From assembly GCA_965228855.1 (NCBI GenBank), contig CBDDIJ010000005.1:1408001-1472000 (forward strand): a stretch of DNA of 64,000 nt, given 5' to 3'. Under the pieces are notes generated by a model, which saw only the letters and a program-made list of their open reading frames with translations, had not been told where the DNA came from and made no database searches. The number at the start of each line of letters is the position of its first letter. Positions within the stretch are counted from its first letter, which is position 1. The stretch is from Candidatus Obscuribacterales bacterium. GTDB lineage: Bacteria; Cyanobacteriota; Vampirovibrionia; Obscuribacterales; Obscuribacteraceae. A program made the position numbers and the translations under genes. Positions 51,326-59,454 of this stretch are shown here, in pieces.

Positions 51326-51666
51326 TAGAGCTATGTATAGCGAGCTTCAAATACCACCAAGGTTCAGTACATTCGCGCGATGTCTTAGAGTCTCGCTAAC
51401 TCCTCTCTTGATTAAACATGCTCTTGACCTTTGTCCCGCCTGAACCCTAGGGTGGTCGACGTACGTGTTTTAATTTTCAACCAGAGGCAAACTTTCCAAC
51501 CGGAAAACCTCTCCCTCTTTCTCAACCTGACGTAAGTTCTCTAGCTACTCGCTAGGCGATAGGTGTGGGCTTTGCCGCGCCTTCTGTTTGAGCACCCGAT
51601 GCAACCGGATGCCCGAACTAGCCACGCTTTGTAGCAGAGCTGTCAATCAAACCCAAGGAGACAGCC

Positions 51667-52842
51667 ATGTTTGGTATCGACACCTCAGTGCTCATCGCAC
51701 TGCTGCTTATTGCTGTGGCGGTTGGCGCGGTTTTCGCAGCCAAGCGACGCAACAACATCGACAATCGGGTCATCGTCGTTTCCGACGAAGACTTCGACCC
51801 CGTTCACCGCGGCTGGGGCCACCGTCACGACGACGAAGGTCCTTGCAAGTTCGACCGCAACGAAGTCCGCCGCACGATGCACAACGCCGTGCCGCCCATC
51901 GACATGTCGAACATCCCGGCGCCCGAAGCCTTCGTCCAGAAGCTGCTGAAGTGCGTCAACGCCGACGAACTCGCCGAACTCGTCGCTGGACTGTCCGGCG
52001 AAAAGCCGGTCTACGTCGGCGACCAGCACGTCACCCTCAAGAGCCGCAGCACCCATGGTCCGGGCGTGTGGCTGGCGATGACGTGGCTCGAGCAGTTCTA
52101 CCGCTCGCTCGGAATCGAAGTGAAGCGCATCCCCTACAAGGTCGGCGGCGAAACGCTGTTCAACCTCGAGGCGATCAAGCGCGGCAAGTCGACCGGCAAG
52201 AAGCCGAAGGTCTACATCGCGGGCTCGCACCTCGATTCGACCGCCGGCAACACCTGGAGCAACGAGAAGGTCGCTCCTGGTGCGGATGATGACGGCTCCG
52301 GCACCATCGCCGTTCTGAAGCTCGCCGAAGCGATGAAGGACCTCGTCCTCCCGGACGACGTCGAAGTTCGCTATCTGCACTTCACCGGCGAGGAGCAGGG
52401 GCTCTGGGGCAGCAAGAAGTACGCTCAGGCGTGCAAGGCTGCCGGCGACAACATCATCCACATGTGGCAGTGCGACATGATCGGCTACTGCCGCACCGAG
52501 GAGCACATGTTCGACATCCACGACAACGTGGACCAGAACGGCAGCCACGAGATGACCGTGCTCCTCGTTCGCACCATCGCCCAGTACGGTCTCAACCTGA
52601 AGCCCATCGACACGCACAACCGCGCGGTCGAAGGTCGCAGCGACCACGCTCCGTTCACGGCCTACGGCTGGAAGGGCGTGCTCGTCAGCGAGCGCTTCAC
52701 GGACGAGGACTTCACGCCGTACTACCACACCACCGAAGACCGCGTCGGCAAGTTCCGCATGCCGTTCTACGTGGCGATCGTTCAGGCGATGATCGCGACC
52801 CTCATCCACGACTCGGGCGCCAAGCCGGCCAGCCTGCGTTAA
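51667..52842 (+). CDS. M28 family Zn-aminopeptidase with an N-terminal membrane anchor
   Basis: SHLDS, GADDDGSG, GEEQGLWGS, DMIG, SDH, YHT; SD AAGGAG; very high GC3. Confidence 0.9.
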   Translation: MFGIDTSVLIALLLIAVAVGAVFAAKRRNNIDNRVIVVSDEDFDPVHRGWGHRHDDEGPCKFDRNEVRRTMHNAVPPIDMSNIPAPEAFVQKLLKCVNADELAELVAGLSGEKPVYVGDQHVTLKSRSTHGPGVWLAMTWLEQFYRSLGIEVKRIPYKVGGETLFNLEAIKRGKSTGKKPKVYIAGSHLDSTAGNTWSNEKVAPGADDDGSGTIAVLKLAEAMKDLVLPDDVEVRYLHFTGEEQGLWGSKKYAQACKAAGDNIIHMWQCDMIGYCRTEEHMFDIHDNVDQNGSHEMTVLLVRTIAQYGLNLKPIDTHNRAVEGRSDHAPFTAYGWKGVLVSERFTDEDFTPYYHTTEDRVGKFRMPFYVAIVQAMIATLIHDSGAKPASLR

Positions 52843-52923
52843 CGCTTCGCAAGGGTGAGTTGCACACCCTCGCTTAGCGTGCGTCAGGTTGAATCCGGTT
52901 GGACCTCCAACGAAAGGGACATT

Positions 52924-53175
52924 TTGAGAAGAACTCATCGTGAAACGGTGCTGATGCGCAATCGTCAGCGCCTCTCCATGCAGCACCACAACCTCTCCGC
53001 AGAAGAGGCTCCGCAGGGGCGTTTCCGCAAACGGCATCCGCTGGATTGTGGTCGTGCCAAGTGCAAGCTCTGTTCTGGCGAAAAGCTCTTCGGCAAGCGT
53101 TCGGTAAATCGCCAGCGCGCCGACGAAGCCTTCTCCTGCCAGCTCGCCGAAGTCGAGTCTGCTGTTAGCGCGTAG
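52924..53175 (+). CDS. Small basic Cys-motif hypothetical protein
   Basis: SD AAGGGA before TTG 52924; GRFRKRHPLDCGRAKCKLC; followed by a long hairpin. Confidence 0.6.
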   Translation: MRRTHRETVLMRNRQRLSMQHHNLSAEEAPQGRFRKRHPLDCGRAKCKLCSGEKLFGKRSVNRQRADEAFSCQLAEVESAVSA

Positions 53176-53193
53176 GTGCAGTCCCATCAACCT

Positions 53194-53236
53194 GGGGCGG
53201 TTGGAGTAACAGTCGCAAGACAACTCTGACCGCCCC
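53194..53236 (+). terminator. Strong stem-loop after the peptidase operon
   Basis: GGGGCGGTTGGAGT...ACTCTGACCGCCCC; no clear T-tract. Confidence 0.45.
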
Positions 53237-53427
53237 GCACGAGACGAAGAACAAGGCCACAAGCCAACCTTCTTCGCCTCGTGTTTTCCAGAACTTGTCT
53301 ACTATATGCCGACATAGTCCGCAACACCCAAAGTGCAGTCCAGGCATGCTTTCCCACCCAAACGCCCTTGCCCAACCTCCTGCAAACCCGGTTTTGGCTA
53401 TCCAGCTATGAGATAGTGTGTTCGCTG

Positions 53428-54393
53428 TCAACAATGAACGCTTAGATGATTGGGATTAAATGGTGTCTTTGTCCTGTAGATCGCCATCATGATGCGAAGT
53501 AGCTTGCGCATGGCGGCGCACAAGATGACTTTCCTTGGTTTGCACTTCTCTGCCAACTTTGTCGCGAATTTTTGAATGGCAGGGTTTGATCGAACTGCGC
53601 TCAGAGACGCCATGTAGAAAACTTTCCGGAGGCGCTTGCAGCCTTTCTTAGACATCTTCGGACGCCCTCGAACAGAAGTTCCAGACTCGCGCAATTCCGG
53701 AGTCAAGCCGCAGTAGCTCTCGACTTCTCTCAACGACTCGAAGGAATCCAAGCCGGAAATTTCCGTGAGAAACGTGAGTGCCGAGATCAAACCGACTCCA
53801 GGGATGGTTTGCAGTAAGGCGAGATCGTTCTGAAATTGCGGTTCGGACTTGATCAAGAGGTCTCGAGCCTGTTCCAGCAGCAAAATCTCATTGTTGATGA
53901 ATTCGATTTGCCGCTGAAGCGAGATACTCACAGGTTCGTCGAGCCGACCGGACTCGGTACGATTCACGGTTCTGGTTCGGTCGGTCTTGAGCGCATCAAT
54001 GTGACGCTCAATGTTGCGAATCTTCCGGACCACGTCCGGGAGGGGCGTCCAGGTCTTCGGTTGAATCAGTTTGCAAAACTGTGCGATTACCTCGGCATCA
54101 ATTGCGTCCGTCTTTGAACGCTTCAACAGGCTTTTGCCAAAGTTTTTGATCTGAACAGGATTGACGACGCTGACGGCAAAACCTTTGTCGCAGAAGTATT
54201 CTGCGAGTGGCTCCCAGAGCTTTCCAGTGGCCTCCATGCAAATTTGTACTTCGCTTTCGGTGTGCTGATTCAGCCACTTCTCAATTCGCCGAAATCCGCT
54301 GTCAGAGTTGTCAGCGTGCAACTTCCGCCCTCGTTCCGAGAGCAGATAGCAATCCACAGTCTCTTTAGAGATGTCTATCCCAAGTGATATCAC
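53428..54393 (-). CDS. IS110 family recombinase (DEDD RuvC-like + Tnp domain)
   Basis: GIDISK, CMEATG, KTDAIDA, TIPGVG, GLTP..ESG.S, K.G...LR; SD GGAGG before GTG; frame intact. Confidence 0.96.
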   Translation of the reverse strand: MISLGIDISKETVDCYLLSERGRKLHADNSDSGFRRIEKWLNQHTESEVQICMEATGKLWEPLAEYFCDKGFAVSVVNPVQIKNFGKSLLKRSKTDAIDAEVIAQFCKLIQPKTWTPLPDVVRKIRNIERHIDALKTDRTRTVNRTESGRLDEPVSISLQRQIEFINNEILLLEQARDLLIKSEPQFQNDLALLQTIPGVGLISALTFLTEISGLDSFESLREVESYCGLTPELRESGTSVRGRPKMSKKGCKRLRKVFYMASLSAVRSNPAIQKFATKLAEKCKPRKVILCAAMRKLLRIMMAIYRTKTPFNPNHLSVHC

Positions 54394-54444
54394 GATGCGC
54401 CTCCATTTAGACTTGCCAACCTACACAGGACGCGGATAGAATCT

Positions 54445-54660
54445 TGTCAGGGCGAGCCTTGTACGCATGCTAAATCGTTCTAGGATTTGCATCTGATAGT
54501 GTTCAGCCTCAGAGGACAAGACAGAAACGGAAGTCCAAACCTCATAGCCTGACTTCGCGGTCATACGCTTTTTCCTGGTTTCTTCCGTTTCTCTATCCTC
54601 GCGTCCTCGGATAGCCTTGCCGACAGCAGGACCTGGTGTCAATTGATTGGGTCTGCTGTC
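54445..54660 (-). ncRNA. Putative IS110 bridge RNA
   Basis: Two stem/internal-loop/hairpin modules (54512-54600 and ~54453-54510) whose loops match the target flanks and the element ends; RNA termini approximate. Confidence 0.8.
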
Positions 54661-54744
54661 AATCTCTAACGTACAACGGATTTAGAAAATTCCGGCATCG
54701 TAGCGTAGACAAACCACCTTGTATTACTGCGACTACAGCGACGT

Positions 54745-54864
54745 CAAAACCGGTCAACGCTTGCGGCACAGACTCTTCCAGCTTTCACAAACCAACTACG
54801 ACGTTTAGTAGTCTTTCGCGTGACTGCAAAACCGGTCAATGCTTGCGGCACAGACCTTTTCAGC
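54745..54864. repeat. Direct repeat pair, 29-nt core, period 82 nt
   Basis: CAAAACCGGTCAA(C/T)GCTTGCGGCACAGAC at 54745 and 54827. Confidence 0.85.
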
Positions 54865-55011
54865 ATTTGCATATCCACCACTGCATCTAGTAGCAAAAGC
54901 CGACAGCCACTACTGCATTTAGTAGTAAATTTTTCAAGAGAACCAGCCGCAGAATTGAGTTCTGCAGCCGGTTCTGAGAAGACCACTCGTCAGAGCGGTT
55001 CAATAGCGGTT

Positions 55012-55248
55012 CTACGCGCTTCGCCGAAGTGCTACGCGCTCCACACGCAACTCAGGATGCACCTGCGCGCCCTTGTCGCGAGTCCTACCAATCGTTTTGC
55101 CGCAGCACTCACACACGTCTAACTGACGGCTGTGCACGCGACAACAGAGGTGACCGCGAGGAATGCTGAATTTGCAGCCTTCAGCCGTACACTTGCGAGT
55201 GCCCTCGCCTTCATGATTTTCGTTTGCAGAACATTTTTTGCAGACCAT
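55012..55248 (-). CDS. Small Cys-rich putative Zn-binding protein
   Basis: SD GGAG upstream of ATG; MVCKKC..C....C..HLCC..H..CECCGK. Confidence 0.65.
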   Translation of the reverse strand: MVCKKCSANENHEGEGTRKCTAEGCKFSIPRGHLCCRVHSRQLDVCECCGKTIGRTRDKGAQVHPELRVERVALRRSA

Positions 55249-55327
55249 AAAGTCTCCAGGTTAGAACTTGAACTCGGCCGGAAGCCGAGGCACGCGCCTC
55301 ACGCTTCCGACCGAAAACACCCACGAA

Positions 55328-55855
55328 TCAGTTATTGCACCTTGAACTGCTGAACCACCGTGCCGACAGGAACGCGGAATCCTGACGCACGTAGCGTTCG
55401 CGTTCCTTCAGGAAGATGCCCCAGTTGTACAGCGCCGAATCCGGATCGCACTCGCGAATCGTCGTGCGCCAGTAACCGACGTCCTTCAGCTCCGGGTCTT
55501 CGATGAGGCGCACGAGATCATTGGCGTACACCGAGCGGGGAGCCAGGCTGCCGTCGTCCATGCGCTGCATGAAGTTGTAGGTCACGGTGCTGTTGACGGA
55601 GCCGGAGCCCCAGATGAAAGTACCGGACAGCCCGTCCGAGCTGCGCATCGAGACGAGCGTGCCCGGTCCGTATACCGTGTCCTTCATCGGCACGAATGCA
55701 CCGACCACCATCGCACAGATGAAGCCGACGAAGGCACCAGCGCAAGGTCCGGCGATGCCGCCGAACAGGAACTTGCCCCAGCTGCGCTCGCCGAAGACGG
55801 CGATGATGACACCGAGCAGAAAACCGACGGCGACACCAAGCAGAATTGAGTTCAT
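55328..55855 (-). CDS. Membrane-anchored hypothetical protein with a probable frameshift near the 3' end
   Basis: Two N-terminal TM helices, SD AAGGA, high GC3; codon pattern continues in a shifted frame after ~55380. Confidence 0.7.
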   Translation of the reverse strand: MNSILLGVAVGFLLGVIIAVFGERSWGKFLFGGIAGPCAGAFVGFICAMVVGAFVPMKDTVYGPGTLVSMRSSDGLSGTFIWGSGSVNSTVTYNFMQRMDDGSLAPRSVYANDLVRLIEDPELKDVGYWRTTIRECDPDSALYNWGIFLKERERYVRQDSAFLSARWFSSSRCNN

Positions 55856-56332
55856 ATCAGTTGTCCTTTGCTAGTAGTGAGCGGTTTCAGTCCGCTTCCA
55901 GCCACGAGTTGAAGGTGATAGACGCGCTTCTCCACGAAAATCGAACGCAGAGCGAAACGACCTCGTGCCGAAACAGCTGACAGAGCCAACGGTTTCAATC
56001 TCGAAGAGATAGTCTGGTTGTTATTCTTGGCTGAGTCTCTCGGAAAATAAAAAGCGCGAATACGTTCTCATCTTGTTCTTCTGTTCTTCCAACAAGCAAA
56101 CATTGTGAACAGAATCAAACCAAAATCGCGTTCTTTGACCTAGCGCGCTTTCACTAGCAAGCGCAGGCCGCGCGCCGGCGCCAACGATTCGCGAGCAATA
56201 TCCGATCTCGAGGTGCTGCGTATTTTCCCCACTGCAACTGCGAAAGTCGCGATTGGTACAGCCTCGGTCTTTCTATGCAAGTCTCCGAGACGCCCTCCGT
56301 GTGCTACAGAGCAGTCGGAGGACTGGACTCTC

Positions 56333-56671
56333 ATGAAAAACATGGTTTTAATCGCGACACTGTTATCCTCGATGGCGGGACAGGCATTAGCGGACCAACT
56401 CAGCGTGGATGCGCCGCAGCTCGATCAGAAGGACACTGCTGTGAATCAGCAAATTTTTGAGCTGGAAAAAAACAACGTGCTGTCGAGCACGGAGGCCGCT
56501 GTTCTGCAGGCGCGCCGCGGCAACATCATGAGAGAGGCAAACATCCGCCGGAAGAAAAACAATGGCATCCTGCCAACTGCCGACCTTCGCGAACTAAGTA
56601 AGCGCATGGACAACATGTCAAAGCAGGTCAGCAGGCGCGTAGCAGCCCGTTCCACAACGACTACGCAGTAG
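56333..56671 (+). CDS. Small secreted helical protein
   Basis: Signal peptide MKNMVLIATLLSSMAGQALA; GGAGG/GGA upstream. Confidence 0.7.
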   Translation: MKNMVLIATLLSSMAGQALADQLSVDAPQLDQKDTAVNQQIFELEKNNVLSSTEAAVLQARRGNIMREANIRRKKNNGILPTADLRELSKRMDNMSKQVSRRVAARSTTTTQ

Positions 56672-56673
56672 TC

Positions 56674-57324
56674 CTATTTCTTCATCATCGAATTCATCAG
56701 GCGAAATAACTCGTCGAGATCACTGTGCCTAACGAGAAATGTAAGCTCGGTGTATGTCGAAATCAATTCAACAATGTTGAGTTTTCTAACCGCGAGCGAC
56801 CGCAGCAGAGCAAAATACATGTTCGGAGTGTCGATGTACTGTTCGCCAAATTGCACGGTAAGTGCTGCCAAATTCTCCAGGTGAATCTTCGGCTTGTCTG
56901 GCTGAAAGTTCTTCAGGATTGGCTTGGATAGAGACATTGGTGCAAAGATGGAAATCTCTCCGGCACCGTAAGTGACCGTCAAAAAATCGGCCTGTGCGAA
57001 TTCAACTGCCGTGTAGAGCCGCTGGGCACGTAGCTTATTCTCCGCAGTTTTATTGAACGCGACTTCCACAAGATTCGACTTCACGGATATGCTATCCATC
57101 TCAACCTTGGGCAGAAGCGGATCTTCAGTGGTCAACTCGGCACTCAAGCGCGACAGTGCCACCACTATGGTGCCTATTTGAACTGGTTTCATGGCTTTAC
57201 GCTCTACATCAGCTTGAATTCGCTTAGCGTAAGCGGAAAGATTGAGAGCTTTACGCGAAAGCACCGTCAGCTCAGGCTCTGACGATAAAACTATTGCGCG
57301 GACGATATCGCTGACTTTGTTCAT
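56674..57324 (-). CDS. ACT-domain protein with a helical N-terminal domain (often mislabelled aspartate kinase)
   Basis: LNLSAYA..I..ALSRL at the N-terminus; C-terminal ACT LNIVELISTYTELTFLV; no kinase domain. Confidence 0.75.
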   Translation of the reverse strand: MNKVSDIVRAIVLSSEPELTVLSRKALNLSAYAKRIQADVERKAMKPVQIGTIVVALSRLSAELTTEDPLLPKVEMDSISVKSNLVEVAFNKTAENKLRAQRLYTAVEFAQADFLTVTYGAGEISIFAPMSLSKPILKNFQPDKPKIHLENLAALTVQFGEQYIDTPNMYFALLRSLAVRKLNIVELISTYTELTFLVRHSDLDELFRLMNSMMKK

Positions 57325-57548
57325 TTTGTAATAAATATAACAAATAGAACTTAAATGTACCAATGCTTTAGAAATTTTACTTCAGAACCGCATGACGGTA
57401 GAGTGAATAAGCCGCAGACGACACTCTGCGAATGGCAAATATCGCTAAGACATATTAAATAGAGACCACGCGCAGAAGCTGACTGCACGCGCGTCTCGCC
57501 ACGCCTCCGCCAACCGTATAGATTCAGCGCATATAAGAGGAAAAACAT

Positions 57549-58076
57549 ATGACAGTCTTAACTAGACAAGCAGTCCCCGAAGACGCTCACGAAATCTATG
57601 AGATGATTCGCGCTCTTGCGGAGTACGAGAAAGAAGAAAACAGCGTGAAAGTTTCTGCTGATGACTTGCATGAGCAAATGCAGCTGTCGGAGCGCCCCTT
57701 CGAGTGCCTGCTGGCCATTCAAAATGGAATGACCTGCGGATTCGCCTTGTACTTTTATACTTATTCTACGTGGGAAGGCAGTCGCTCTCTATATCTCGAG
57801 GACCTGTTTGTTTATCCGACTGCAAGAGGCACCGGTGCTGGTGCAGCCTTAATGACAGCGCTGGCGACGATCGCTCAAGAAAAGCAATGCCGGAGGTTCG
57901 AGTGGTCCGTGCTGAATTGGAACTCGTCGGCTATCCACTTCTATGAAAGGCTAGGCGCGGAGCCAGTTTCCGGCTGGACGCGTTATCGAATGGACGGCGA
58001 TACTTTGCGAAACTTTGCACGCGAAAGATCGACACCAATTACCACCGCCGATCGACCACAAGCGAAACGCGCATGA
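57549..58076 (+). CDS. GNAT N-acetyltransferase (diamine/spermidine acetyltransferase-like)
   Basis: LAEYEK, YSTWEG..LYLEDLFV, RGTGAG, WSVLNWN..AI.FY..LGA. Confidence 0.9.
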   Translation: MTVLTRQAVPEDAHEIYEMIRALAEYEKEENSVKVSADDLHEQMQLSERPFECLLAIQNGMTCGFALYFYTYSTWEGSRSLYLEDLFVYPTARGTGAGAALMTALATIAQEKQCRRFEWSVLNWNSSAIHFYERLGAEPVSGWTRYRMDGDTLRNFARERSTPITTADRPQAKRA

Positions 58077-58346
58077 GAAGCAAATCTCCGCCTTCCTTTC
58101 TTCAGAATGTCAGTATTGGTGGGCATTTCTGCAGCATCACCGATATACTATCGCGCTATTGTAAACTCGACGGAGAGGAACGTCTGACCTAGCAAGAGAA
58201 GCACCGCGAGTAGTGCAGGGATCGCGACCTTCCATCTCCCGAAAGTTGAAAAACTCAATAGAAGATTTAGTGTTCAGCTGCTTAACAGCTTGCTGAACCG
58301 ATTACACGCAGGCGAATGCGTTCAAGACAAGGAAAGGAGATAAGTC

Positions 58347-59384
58347 ATGTTTGGAAGGAAATTGCAGATACCCCTGGCACTCAGCGCATTAATAGCGGTA
58401 GGAGCCCTGTACACGCCGCTGGCGTCGCAGGCAGACAATCTGCTGGTCAAGGAAACACGCTCGATCCACCTGTGCGGTGACCTGTTCGAGATCGAGGCGA
58501 ATGCGGACAAAATGACTGCTGCAGAGCGTGCCAAAATTATTCAAAAGAACCTGGATGATGCATTGATCAAGGCGCTTGATCGCAGCCCGGACTCAGTGGC
58601 CGTGCGAGTGAAGAACAAACAGCCGGTTGTAGAATTGAACGGTTATCATATCGCGACAGCAGACTCCAACAGCGCAATCCGAAAAGGTGTTTCGCAAATG
58701 GAACTGGCGAACGAATGGGCGCAGAGTATTCGTGAGTGCCTCGCTGACCAAACTTCAGTAGAGAGGTATATATCAGCTCTTCAAGAGCCCGCGAAGGTCT
58801 CGACCGGTTTGGTGAAAACCCACAAGCACATCGCCGTGGTCCCGCCGGAGACTCGAATGCCAATTAAACTGTTGAGCGCATTCCACTTTGATGGCACCAC
58901 CATTGGTGACTCCGTTACCGCTGTCATCAGCAGAGACGTTCCATTGGGTCCGCAGTTCGACACATACTTGCCCGCAGGAACACTGGTGCACGGTAATGTG
59001 CTGGACGCTGAAGAATTCACTTATAACGGTTTTCCAGGTGACTCGACTGTGACCATTCAGTTCACCAAGTTGGAAACGCCGGATGGTCAACAGATCCCCA
59101 TCCAAGCCTTTGTGGTTGGCGGCGTCAACGAATTTGAAATCGCTGCGAAAGAGCAAGTTGATCCGCAGGGCGCTCTCGACATGACCACTGGCGCGACCAG
59201 CACGAAAGGTCTGATCTCGGGTGCATGGGTTGGCAACCAATACGCTAAGGACGAACAATCCCGATTGCCGCGTCTGTTCATGAGCCGAGGAGCGGTCTTC
59301 GACATCGGCCCCATGGAAGAGCTACAGCTTGAAACTACGGCGACAACAAGCATCGCCATTGCTGAGCCAGTAGGCACTATCTAG
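58347..59384 (+). CDS. Secreted hypothetical protein, paralog 1
   Basis: Signal peptide, SD AAGGAG; N-domain shared with the next gene. Confidence 0.8.
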   Translation: MFGRKLQIPLALSALIAVGALYTPLASQADNLLVKETRSIHLCGDLFEIEANADKMTAAERAKIIQKNLDDALIKALDRSPDSVAVRVKNKQPVVELNGYHIATADSNSAIRKGVSQMELANEWAQSIRECLADQTSVERYISALQEPAKVSTGLVKTHKHIAVVPPETRMPIKLLSAFHFDGTTIGDSVTAVISRDVPLGPQFDTYLPAGTLVHGNVLDAEEFTYNGFPGDSTVTIQFTKLETPDGQQIPIQAFVVGGVNEFEIAAKEQVDPQGALDMTTGATSTKGLISGAWVGNQYAKDEQSRLPRLFMSRGAVFDIGPMEELQLETTATTSIAIAEPVGTI

Positions 59385-59454
59385 GCGCCGCGCGTTATCA
59401 ATTCAAACGCGCAAATAATTAGGATTATTCAAAAAAATTTTTAGGAGTTAGATC

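Larger units (their letters stand above)
53411..54677 (-). mobile_element. Complete IS110-family element (~1.26 kb), coordinates include both 2-nt cores
   Basis: Recombinase gene plus ~280-nt upstream non-coding end, no terminal inverted repeats. Ends are defined by guide matches and by the empty paralogous site at 47481-47535. Confidence 0.88.

Noticed and set aside
51481..51540. c-di-GMP-I riboswitch (GGCAAAC)
   Set aside because: Lacks the GAAA tetraloop and GCAAAG P2-P3 junction.
51685..53262. 525-aa minus-strand ORF
   Set aside because: Antisense shadow of the high-GC3 M28 peptidase gene.
54700..54712. Alternative IS110 left end at CT-ACGC, which would give matching CT cores
   Set aside because: Gives only a 5-nt donor-guide match and 19-nt promoter spacing, and breaks the ungapped alignment with the empty site at 47481-47535.
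54745..54855. Mini CRISPR array
   Set aside because: Only two repeats, fuzzy boundaries, no leader or cas genes.
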